In this document: piece after piece, positions 49,072 through 57,586 of the stretch | Layout: each line of letters begins with the position of its first letter | Numbering within the stretch: position 1 is the stretch's first letter | Source of the DNA: Saprospiraceae bacterium | Lineage (GTDB): Bacteria; Bacteroidota; Bacteroidia; Chitinophagales; Saprospiraceae | Length of the DNA: 64,000 nucleotides | Assembly: GCA_016714895.1 (NCBI GenBank) | Contig: JADKBV010000008.1 | Location: 1,523-65,522 of the forward strand | Direction of reading: 5' to 3' | The notes under the pieces: generated by a model | Told to the model about the DNA's origin: nothing | The model's database searches: none | Seen by the model: the letters and a program-made list of their open reading frames with translations, nothing else | Made by a program: the position numbers and the translations under genes

Positions 49072-49601
49072 AAGTAATACATCAACCCATTACCAAATTA
49101 TCAAATCGGCAGATTTCTATATCATCGGTACACAAACCTATCCAAAAATTTTGCATCTCATTAATGCTTGTTCTGTTTTGGGCTTCAGGTAGTAAAGCTC
49201 AGGTGACCATCGGTGCACATACCGGATTAAGTGGGTACACCGGCATTCATGCTGAATTTTCACTTGAAGTTCCCTTTGCTACGAGATTTGCGCTCAATTC
49301 CAGGATATCTTACGTCCTTCCTAAAGGATTTATGTTCAGATCTGGTATACGGTACATTTATCCTGTTTTCAAAAATACGGACCTCCGACTGGGAATTGAT
49401 GTCGGAGTATACAGAGAAAAAAACGAGTTTAATTCCTCATTTACAGTTCCTTTTTTTATCACAGGTGGCAACTTTGGTGTCCATCAGAAGTTTGGAGAAC
49501 AATGGGGGATTTTGGGTGAAATCAATCTGATCAATATGACAAGCCACAATACAAAAATACAAGCTTTATTGCCTCAACTTGGCGTTACCTATAGATTTTA
49601 A
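49068..49601 (+). CDS. Small predicted outer-membrane beta-barrel protein (island gene 5)
   Basis: It overlaps gene 4 by 4 nt (ATGA). It has a hydrophobic signal region (ISLMLVLFWASGSKAQ) and ends LPQLGVTYRF. Confidence 0.5.
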   Translation: MKVIHQPITKLSNRQISISSVHKPIQKFCISLMLVLFWASGSKAQVTIGAHTGLSGYTGIHAEFSLEVPFATRFALNSRISYVLPKGFMFRSGIRYIYPVFKNTDLRLGIDVGVYREKNEFNSSFTVPFFITGGNFGVHQKFGEQWGILGEINLINMTSHNTKIQALLPQLGVTYRF

Positions 49602-50058
49602 AATCCGGTCATTGTAGGGTTGGAGTAAATATTTGGGGTAAAAAAATATTTAGTTCATTTTTAATGCGGGTGTTGGATATTACGATAATTGTATCCAATA
49701 AATAACAGATATTGACAGACTAAAAAGAACTGTTGCTCCACATAAAAAATATCCGGCTGATTTTATGTTGGAATGTAAGTCTGAAAATAAAACGCATTAT
49801 TAAGAGATTACAGATTTATTAATTATATTTGTAGTGATTTAAGTAACTTTAGGAGGTAATGTGTTTATATTGTAAAGTTTTTAATACTATTTTATAAAAA
49901 ATGCTTAAAAAGACTGATGTTTATACATAAGTTGCAGACTTGTGTAATACATTGAATTGTTTTCTACTTTTGAATGTAGATTTAAAAACGGGTCAGATCC
50001 ATATAGTAAGCATTGGCTGAAATATGAGGATTTTTGTAATACGTTAATAATAAATAAT

Positions 50059-50814
50059 ATGAAAATCTTATTAATAACCTTGATATTAATAATGAGCGGC
50101 CGTTTGTATGCTCAGTTTGACAATTTTTATTTTGGTGTTGATTTTGGATTGATTCGCGATATCAATCAGGTAGTGTCAAATGATAATGACTACTTTTCCT
50201 GTTGGAATAACTGTTGGAGCGATCAGGACGGTTTTTTTTCAAGAAACGGAAGTTTTTCTCTTTTTGCGGGTTTTGAGATAAGCGATAATATGATTTTTGA
50301 AATCAACTTTGTAAGACAAACTGAAAATGTATCAATTCAATATTTACTACCATTGAATGTAGTATCCGGTGGTGGTATATCAGGGTCGGGGATTCGATTT
50401 TCAAATACGTTATTAAAATGGACAGCAGGTGTAGGAAGAAAAATCAGTATTGGAAATGAATTGAATTATATTCCTTTTTTTCAACTTTCGACAATATATA
50501 CAGATAACCTTTCTTCAGGTATTTTTTTTACAGAAGGGCCCAATAGTTCTTTTAGGCACAATTTTTCCATGAGATATTTTAATGAAAATCAGATTTTTTT
50601 AGGGTTTAAAAACACACTTCAATGGAAGCCATCCTCCCGGTGGAGCATAAATTTACAATTGGGTTATGCACAGGGACTTTCGAAAATTTATGAAATACAT
50701 CAGGAGATTCAATTTTTCGATGATCCTGAGAATATAAGTAAGGGACATACCATCTCAAGACTATCACATATTTTTGCTTCATTGGGTACATCCTATATTT
50801 TTAAAAAAAATTGA
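50059..50814 (+). CDS. Small predicted outer-membrane beta-barrel protein (island gene 6)
   Basis: It has signal peptide MKILLITLILIMSGRLYAQ, an alternating strand pattern and ends ...SLGTSYIFKKN. The track ORF opens at 49957. Confidence 0.5.
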   Translation: MKILLITLILIMSGRLYAQFDNFYFGVDFGLIRDINQVVSNDNDYFSCWNNCWSDQDGFFSRNGSFSLFAGFEISDNMIFEINFVRQTENVSIQYLLPLNVVSGGGISGSGIRFSNTLLKWTAGVGRKISIGNELNYIPFFQLSTIYTDNLSSGIFFTEGPNSSFRHNFSMRYFNENQIFLGFKNTLQWKPSSRWSINLQLGYAQGLSKIYEIHQEIQFFDDPENISKGHTISRLSHIFASLGTSYIFKKN

Positions 50815-50823
50815 TTTGAATGT

Positions 50824-51183
50824 ATGTTTCAATATGGCCAAAAGGTATTTCCATTAGCAGCTTATGCACGTGGTCTTTACTACCAACTCACTGGAGAAAT
50901 TATGTATCCTGATATACCTGTATTAACATTTGACAGATCAAGAATGGATGTTATTGATGATGAACATGTAATCCCCAATCCTTTTTACGACCAATTACAT
51001 CTGGAATATCCTGAATCTGCGTATCTTCGCATTGTGGATTTAACAGGAAAAGTAATGATGACACAACAGATCGTACCCGGAAAGACAAGTTTTGATACAT
51101 CGAACTGGAGTTCCGGCATGTATATCGTGCATGTACAGGATATAGTTGGTACGGCATCATCGTTCAAAGTGATCAAACAGTGA
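50824..51183 (+). pseudogene. Stand-alone T9SS C-terminal sorting domain without a signal peptide (probable gene remnant)
   Basis: The 119-aa ORF has a last ~70 aa reading IPNPFYDQLHLEYPESAYLRIVDLTGKVMMTQ...GMYIVHVQDIVGTASSFKVIKQ, which is CTD-like. There is no N-terminal hydrophobic segment and no cargo domain. Confidence 0.45.
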
Positions 51184-52703
51184 TCAGGCAAATCTTTTTC
51201 AATACAATATGTATCCTGTTTGCTGCTCTTTGCTACGGACAGGATACATATGTTAAGAGCTTTAAAGTTTTTGAAACGAATAATTCGGAATTTGCTACTG
51301 TAATACAAACATATGAAAATGATATGTTTGTAGGAGTTCATGGACTTTGTGAAAATAGAAAATGCCTTCTGATTTCAAAATTAGACATTAATGGTAATAT
51401 CATTTGGAATAAGGGATTTATAAGTACGGATAGTGGAAATTATAGTTTTATAAAATTACAAAATGATACCTTGTTTGCAAGTGGACATACTGATTGGAAT
51501 ACCATGACCAAACAGGTCAATCTTTATGCCGTAAACCCTGAGTCCGGAGATAGTTTGTATTCCGCGAATGCAAATTTTGACAGCATAGCTCTGGGATTTG
51601 GCTTTGCCAATATGGGTTTGTTGTTATTTGAAAATAAACTGATACCCTATGGTGAAATCAGAGATACCAATAATATTGTGTCAGGGCTTATTCACTGGAT
51701 GGATATGAAAGGAGTCAATTTACAAACGAAGACCTACCAACTTCCCGGCAACTTTACGGTCAATGCATTGCAGGACTTGCAGCCTGACGGATATGGCAAT
51801 CTGGTATTTGTGACCGTATTTATTGATTCTTTATTTGATGAACATACCGTTGTACGAAAAATTAATTCAGAAGGGGAAATTATAAAGGATGTTTTCATTC
51901 CAAGCAATTTTAATTTAGACCCCAGGCCACAATTGGCCGTAAATAACGCGGGGCAATATGTTTTTTCACATGCAAAATGGGCTCCGGGTACCGTACAACA
52001 ATTGGTTTGTTCAGACACACTTGGCAATATTCTTTGGGAACATGACTACCCTTTAAAAATTAATGGACAACAACCTTCCAACCTATCCAACAATTATCAC
52101 ATCAATCAGATTACACCGACAAGCGACGGCGGCGTAGTCATCGCGGCACGAATACGGACAAACCGCATCCAAAACAGGTTTTACGACGATGCCTACATCG
52201 GCAAGTTTGACCAGTTTGGCACCCTGGAGTGGGAGCGTCGTATCAATATCCAAAATGGTGCAGATACCCTCTATGACTGGTGTGCGCTCTATGACATCAA
52301 AGAACGACCGGATGGCAAAGGTTACGTGGCTGTCGGTTCTCATAAAACCAGTGAAAATCTTTCATCGACCAATATATTGCTGGTCAGCCTGGATGCTGAT
52401 GGTTGTATAGAGGGTATGGTATGTGACGGAGACCAGATCATTGTAAGTACATTGGACGTGATTGACCTGACGGAGGAAATTAAACCCAGTCTCTTTCCCA
52501 ATCCCGTACAAGAATCTTTACGGATATCCGGATTAGATGGGGATGTTCCATTCTCCATATACAATCATGTCGGAGCATTAGTCCAAAAGGGTAGTACTTC
52601 AGGGGATGTAGATGTATCCGGTTTGCCTCAGGGTATGTATGTACTGACACTTACAGGAGTTACTTCCGGTGACAAAACTGTTTTTCGTTTTGTGAAGATA
52701 TAG
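51180..52703 (+). CDS. T9SS-sorted secreted protein, possibly beta-propeller-like (island gene 8)
   Basis: GTG start with signal peptide (IRQIFFNTICILFAALCYGQ), 507 aa, and C-terminal LFPNPVQESLRISGL...GLPQGMYVLTLTG...FRFVKI. Confidence 0.65.
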   Translation: MIRQIFFNTICILFAALCYGQDTYVKSFKVFETNNSEFATVIQTYENDMFVGVHGLCENRKCLLISKLDINGNIIWNKGFISTDSGNYSFIKLQNDTLFASGHTDWNTMTKQVNLYAVNPESGDSLYSANANFDSIALGFGFANMGLLLFENKLIPYGEIRDTNNIVSGLIHWMDMKGVNLQTKTYQLPGNFTVNALQDLQPDGYGNLVFVTVFIDSLFDEHTVVRKINSEGEIIKDVFIPSNFNLDPRPQLAVNNAGQYVFSHAKWAPGTVQQLVCSDTLGNILWEHDYPLKINGQQPSNLSNNYHINQITPTSDGGVVIAARIRTNRIQNRFYDDAYIGKFDQFGTLEWERRINIQNGADTLYDWCALYDIKERPDGKGYVAVGSHKTSENLSSTNILLVSLDADGCIEGMVCDGDQIIVSTLDVIDLTEEIKPSLFPNPVQESLRISGLDGDVPFSIYNHVGALVQKGSTSGDVDVSGLPQGMYVLTLTGVTSGDKTVFRFVKI

Positions 52704-52856
52704 AAGGACCACCTGGTGTTCCATGGGTACCATAAAATTGATTTTTATGAATACAAACGATAAAAGAAAATGGACGTTTTTCGTAAAAGTTGTTTTTATC
52801 CCTGAGTTATTTTCTGCAGGTTTGTTTTAGCATATATGTTACAGGCACCTTTCCCC

Positions 52857-53660
52857 CTAAACCACCAGCCAGATCAACCAGACGCTAAAACTGATGACAA
52901 ATAAAAAACTGTCAAACCGATCCAGAAAACCACCGTGGCCGGGCATAAAACGGCCACTGTCCTTGACCCGGAATGTTCTTTTGACAGATGATTCGTACAA
53001 ATCCCCGAAGGTACCCACCAACCAGGACCAGAAACCCAAAATCAACCACTGGTTCAGACTGAGTTCCGGAATCCACATCGAAAACAACCAGGCAAAAACC
53101 AAAGTCAAAACGCCGGCACCCAAAAATCCTTCCAACGTTTTTTTAGGCGACAGTCTTTCAAAAAGTTTCTTTTTTCCCCATAAAGATCCTACAAAATAAG
53201 CTCCCGAATCCGAAATCCATATCAAAAACAAGGTGTATAATACAAAATGTGCATCAGGTGCCAGCCACCGTATCGCATATATACCAATCCATAAAGGTAA
53301 CATGGTATATAATACCACATGAACCGGGTAAAATGATGAATGGGGTAAAACCGGACGCCACAATTGTATAACGGATACCGCAACATAAACCAAATGAGCA
53401 ATAATCATCAAAAACAAAACAAACTGTGGAACAGGCTGAAGCGCTAAAAAAACAGAAACACCCAAAAACAACATTCCGGCTAAACCTAAAGTTATAACAC
53501 TGTTTTTTTGTGTCATCCTTAAATATTCGACACCAGAACCTAAACCAATAATTCCCAACAAAACCATGGCAGGAATTTTGCCGCCGAGCAGTCCTCCGAT
53601 GACGATAATTGCAAAAATAAAGGCGGTCGTCGAACGGGTCCGCAATACATTTCTATCCAT
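52857..53660 (-). CDS. cdsA: Phosphatidate cytidylyltransferase
   Basis: It is polytopic and carries the signature GDLYESSVKRTFRVKDSGRFMPGHGGFLDRFDS. Confidence 0.9.
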   Translation of the reverse strand: MDRNVLRTRSTTAFIFAIIVIGGLLGGKIPAMVLLGIIGLGSGVEYLRMTQKNSVITLGLAGMLFLGVSVFLALQPVPQFVLFLMIIAHLVYVAVSVIQLWRPVLPHSSFYPVHVVLYTMLPLWIGIYAIRWLAPDAHFVLYTLFLIWISDSGAYFVGSLWGKKKLFERLSPKKTLEGFLGAGVLTLVFAWLFSMWIPELSLNQWLILGFWSWLVGTFGDLYESSVKRTFRVKDSGRFMPGHGGFLDRFDSFLFVISFSVWLIWLVV

Positions 53661-54564
53661 TTATGTTTGTTTTAGGTCTGTATTTTGCCTGAAGCATCTG
53701 GTAATACGCTATCGAAGCAAATCCAAAAGCGGCAAATATAATCATTTGACCTGAATCATAACTCAGGACAGATTCAACAGGTTTTTCAGGAAGCTCAGCA
53801 TTATAGAGCGCTATGGTCGCAAATGCATTATTCATCATGTGCAAAATCATAGGAATCCAAAAGTTTTTGGTAAAAAAATATGCGTACCCAAGAACCAGGC
53901 CGATCATCATTTTCGGAAAAAAACCGGTAACCTGAAAGTGAAGGATGGAAAAAACAAAAGCCGTCAGCCAAATGGCAAGATGTGGATTGACAAACAAACG
54001 ACTCAGTTCTTTTTGGATGATACCCCGAAACAACAATTCCTCGCCCAAACCCGGCAAAACAGCCGCAATCAGAAGGCTGACCAACAGGTCGCCAAAATGT
54101 TCCATCTTCAGCACTCCGGATAAAGTCTCTGAATAATCTTCATCCATCATCATCATCCATTCAGGTAAGGGCAAAAAACTCATCCACAAGGCGACGACAG
54201 ACATAAACGGGTACAAACAAAAAAGCCAACCCAAAAAATACCAGATGTCAGTGGATCGGACAGGAGATACAGAAAGATAATTAAAAAATTTTCGTCCAAA
54301 AAAAAGATATATAAATATGACCGGAGTTATGATGAATAATAACAGGTGCTGTAATACCACGGTGAGCCTGAGTAGCCAGGGATATTCAGTAAAAAGTTTT
54401 TCAGTATCAGCTTCTCCAAAAGGGACACCCATCGCTGAAGAAATTAAAAACAATACGGACGATAAAACCAGCAGGGCGGCAATAATGATAAAAAACAAAA
54501 CCCACAATTTGTAACCGGGAGAAGCATTTTCATAAAATAAAGGTTTGTTTTGATTCAAAGACAT
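53653..54564 (-). CDS. CPBP-family intramembrane glutamic endopeptidase (CAAX protease-like)
   Basis: Motifs GLGEELLFRG, FSILHF and HMMNNAF in a polytopic 303-aa protein. It overlaps cdsA by 8 nt. Confidence 0.85.
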   Translation of the reverse strand: MSLNQNKPLFYENASPGYKLWVLFFIIIAALLVLSSVLFLISSAMGVPFGEADTEKLFTEYPWLLRLTVVLQHLLLFIITPVIFIYLFFGRKFFNYLSVSPVRSTDIWYFLGWLFCLYPFMSVVALWMSFLPLPEWMMMMDEDYSETLSGVLKMEHFGDLLVSLLIAAVLPGLGEELLFRGIIQKELSRLFVNPHLAIWLTAFVFSILHFQVTGFFPKMMIGLVLGYAYFFTKNFWIPMILHMMNNAFATIALYNAELPEKPVESVLSYDSGQMIIFAAFGFASIAYYQMLQAKYRPKTNING

Positions 54565-54607
54565 CAGATTTTGTTAGGATTCATGACAATTAAACAGAAA
54601 AAAGGGA

Positions 54608-54925
54608 TTACATTTCCATTTCGAGATTGGTGCGCGCATTCAACAACTCACCGTGGGCAAAAGTATCGTTTTGTTGTTTTGCGACATTCAGACCGGTATT
54701 ATACACAGTGAGCGCTTCCTCTTGTCTGCCATGTTTTTCAAGTAGCTTGCCAAAGTGATAGTACAATCCCACGTAGTCCGGATGTTGGTCCATCAGCTTT
54801 TGATAATATTGTAGTGCAAGGTCTTCCAGACCATTATATTCATACTCTTTGGTCAGGGCATAAAACACAAAAACATCATTCGGATCTTCAACATGCATTT
54901 TCTCAAGTTGCTCCAATCTTGTCAT
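54608..54925 (-). CDS. Small TPR-like helical protein
   Basis: MTRLEQLEKMHVEDPNDVFVFYALTKEYEYNGLEDLALQYYQKLMDQHPDYVGLYYHFGKLLEKHGRQEEAL has a TPR-like periodicity. The track start at 54982 is rejected in favour of ATG 54925. Confidence 0.6.
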   Translation of the reverse strand: MTRLEQLEKMHVEDPNDVFVFYALTKEYEYNGLEDLALQYYQKLMDQHPDYVGLYYHFGKLLEKHGRQEEALTVYNTGLNVAKQQNDTFAHGELLNARTNLEMEM

Positions 54926-55105
54926 TATTTTAACTTTAAGTTTATTTTTTGCAGAATAGAAAATATTTGTACATTTGTGCAAAGTTATAAAATGTGTTGA
55001 AATGTTTTTGATTTGTCGTCTGTAAACATTGTTTTCCCTTCAATTCTTCAACCACTTTTACCACATGTTGTTTTGTAACATATTGAATCACGAAAATTTT
55101 AATCT

Positions 55106-55849
55106 ATGAATATTTTAGTTTGTGTCAGTAAGACGCCGGATACAACATCCAAAATTTCATTTTCCGGGGACGGTAAGGAATATAACGGAGATGGAGTCAC
55201 CTTTATCATGAATCCTTATGATGAGTGGTATGCATTGGTCAAAGCCATAGAATTGGTTGAACAACACGGAGGCAATGTCACGACCATAACCGTCGGAGAT
55301 GCTTCCAATGACATTATCATTCGTAAAGCATTGGCTATAGGTGCCAATGATGCCATCCGGGTAGATGCCAAAGCCACAGACAGCAATGAAGCTGCTTTTC
55401 AGATTGTCGAAGTTGCCAAACAAAAAAATTATGACCTCATCCTGTTAGGAAAAGAAACCATCGACTACAATGGTTCTGTCCTGGGGTCACTGGTAGCCGC
55501 ACAAATGGATCTTCCGTACATTTCTTACGGAACAAAATTGGAAACCTCAGATAACGGCGTTTATACCGTGACCCGAGAGATCGAAGGTGGCGAAGAAGTT
55601 TGTGAAGTTGCCGGACCTTTGGTGATTTCTGCTGCAAAAGGTATGGCAGAACAAAGAATTCCGAATATGAAGGGGATTATGATGTCAAAATCCAAACCCC
55701 TCGTGGTTGTTCCGCCGGCAGCTTACGATTCAAAAGTTAGCGTGGTTTCCTTTGAATTGCCTGTTCAGAAAAAAGGTGTCAAAATGATCGATCCGGAAAA
55801 TATGGACGAGCTGGTGAGATTGTTGCACGAGGAAGCCAAAGTTATTTAA
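55106..55849 (+). CDS. etfB: Electron transfer flavoprotein subunit beta
   Basis: MNILVCVSKTPDTTSKI...NPYDEWYALVKAIEL...DLILLGKETIDYNGS; 247 aa, immediately upstream of etfA. Confidence 0.9.
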   Translation: MNILVCVSKTPDTTSKISFSGDGKEYNGDGVTFIMNPYDEWYALVKAIELVEQHGGNVTTITVGDASNDIIIRKALAIGANDAIRVDAKATDSNEAAFQIVEVAKQKNYDLILLGKETIDYNGSVLGSLVAAQMDLPYISYGTKLETSDNGVYTVTREIEGGEEVCEVAGPLVISAAKGMAEQRIPNMKGIMMSKSKPLVVVPPAAYDSKVSVVSFELPVQKKGVKMIDPENMDELVRLLHEEAKVI

Positions 55850-55867
55850 ACCATTAAAAAAAGTATC

Positions 55868-56824
55868 ATGTCAGTTTTAGTATTTGTAGAAAATCATAAC
55901 GGAAAAATAAAAAAATCGGGTTTTGAAGCCGTATACTTCGGAAGTTTGTTGGCCAAAAACATGGGCGTTTCATGTCACGCACTTACTTACGGACAAAATC
56001 CCGATGCCGGTACTTTAGGTAAGTACGGGGCAAACGAGGTTCATGTTGCTGCATATAACGGAGATTTTGACACACAGGTGTATACCGCAATGGTCAGTGA
56101 GGCCGCTCAAAAACTGGGGGCTAAAGCCGTGGTTTTAGCGCATACAGCCAATGGCAAATCATTTGCCGGTGGGGTTGCGGTAAAACTTAATGCCGGTATT
56201 GTCACCGGTGTGAATGCTGTGCCTGTGGTGGACAACGGTCTCATCGTACAGAAGTCCGTTTTTTCAGGTAAAGCCATCGCACATTACAAAATAACCACGG
56301 ATGTTGCCGTAATGACCCTTGCCGGGAATAGTATGCAGCCTGTGGTAACGGGTTCCGACGTTACACCTCAAAACATAGAGTTAAATCTACCTGCTGCAAA
56401 AATCAGGGTCATAGAAAAGAAAACCTCTGAAGGAATTGTTCCGCTTCCGGAAGCTGAATTGGTGGTTTCTGCGGGAAGAGGGTTGAAAGGACCTGAAAAC
56501 TGGAGCATCATCGAAGAACTTGCCAAAGCGCTTCAGGCTACGACAGCATGTTCGAGACCGGTCGCGGATACAGGATGGAGGCCTCACCACGAACACGTGG
56601 GACAAACGGGTGTTGCCATCAAACCCAATCTCTATATAGCGATAGGTATCTCAGGTGCTATTCAACATCTTGCGGGAGTCAACAATTCCAAAACCATTGT
56701 GGTCATCAACAAAGATCCTGAAGCTCCGTTTTTTAAAGCGGCAGATTATGGTGTGGTCGGAGATTTATTTGATATCATTCCAAAACTGACCAAAGCTGTC
56801 GAATCTTTCAAATCGCATCAATAA
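55868..56824 (+). CDS. etfA: Electron transfer flavoprotein subunit alpha
   Basis: C-terminal FAD-binding region: VVSAGRGLKGPENW...VGQTGVAIKPNLYIAIGISGAIQHLAG...IVVINKDPEAPFF..ADYGVVGDLF. Confidence 0.92.
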   Translation: MSVLVFVENHNGKIKKSGFEAVYFGSLLAKNMGVSCHALTYGQNPDAGTLGKYGANEVHVAAYNGDFDTQVYTAMVSEAAQKLGAKAVVLAHTANGKSFAGGVAVKLNAGIVTGVNAVPVVDNGLIVQKSVFSGKAIAHYKITTDVAVMTLAGNSMQPVVTGSDVTPQNIELNLPAAKIRVIEKKTSEGIVPLPEAELVVSAGRGLKGPENWSIIEELAKALQATTACSRPVADTGWRPHHEHVGQTGVAIKPNLYIAIGISGAIQHLAGVNNSKTIVVINKDPEAPFFKAADYGVVGDLFDIIPKLTKAVESFKSHQ

Positions 56825-56892
56825 ATCGGATGTTTTTACAAGGAGTCTTTTGGTAAATTAAGGAAACATATTATTTTTTTGGAGAATATTTG

Positions 56893-56900
56893 TACCTTTG
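56893..56900 (+). promoter_or_regulatory. Candidate -7 box TACCTTTG
   Basis: It matches TAnnTTTG 21 nt upstream of ATG 56922. Confidence 0.35.
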
Positions 56901-56921
56901 CACAGTTTGTAAATAGTCCCG

Positions 56922-57497
56922 ATGGAAAAAGTAAGATTGGATATCATTGCCTTGTCGCATAGTGTGACACAATCACATAATTATGCTGTCATTTTGGGTG
57001 AACAGGCAGGAAAAAGGCGATTGCCTATTGTCATAGGTGGGTTTGAAGCCCAGGCTATTGCGGTAGCCATGGAAAATATGACACCCAACAGGCCACTGAC
57101 CCACGATTTGTTTAAAAATACCCTGGATGCCTTTGATATTCAGTTGGTCGAGATCGTGATCAATAACCTGCTGGACGGAATTTTTTATGCCCAACTGGTC
57201 TGCGAACAAAACGGAAGGACTTTACAGATAGACGCACGCACTTCAGATGCTATTTCATTGGCGGTAAGGTACAGTTGCCCGATTTATACCTACGAATTTA
57301 TTCTGGAATCCGCCGGTGTCATCCTGGATGAAGATCCACAACAGGAAAGTAAGATCGCCGCCGTTCCTAAAAAACCTTCTCTCGAAAATATGTCGGTCGA
57401 ATCCCTCGAAAAGTCCCTGGCTGAAGCTTTGGAAAAAGAGGATTACGAAAAAGCAGCCATCATCCGGGATATCATTCAGGAAAAAAAGAATTTGTAA
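56922..57497 (+). CDS. Bifunctional nuclease family protein (DUF151) with a C-terminal UVR motif
   Basis: N-terminal ...YAVILGEQAGKRRLPIVIGGFEAQAIAVAME... and C-terminal EDYEKAAIIRDIIQEKK (UvrB/C-like). Confidence 0.75.
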   Translation: MEKVRLDIIALSHSVTQSHNYAVILGEQAGKRRLPIVIGGFEAQAIAVAMENMTPNRPLTHDLFKNTLDAFDIQLVEIVINNLLDGIFYAQLVCEQNGRTLQIDARTSDAISLAVRYSCPIYTYEFILESAGVILDEDPQQESKIAAVPKKPSLENMSVESLEKSLAEALEKEDYEKAAIIRDIIQEKKNL

Positions 57498-57515
57498 ATC
57501 AAATATTGATAGAAA

Positions 57516-57557
57516 ATAAAAAAACCTGACAGATGTATATCTGTCAGGTTTTTTTTT
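57516..57557. terminator. Bidirectional rho-independent terminator between convergent genes
   Basis: An A run, then ACCTGACAGAT (57524-57534) pairing with ATCTGTCAGGT (57539-57549), then a T9 run. Confidence 0.8.
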
Positions 57558-57586
57558 CCTTTTGGAAAAGTTTCTTTTATAAACAA

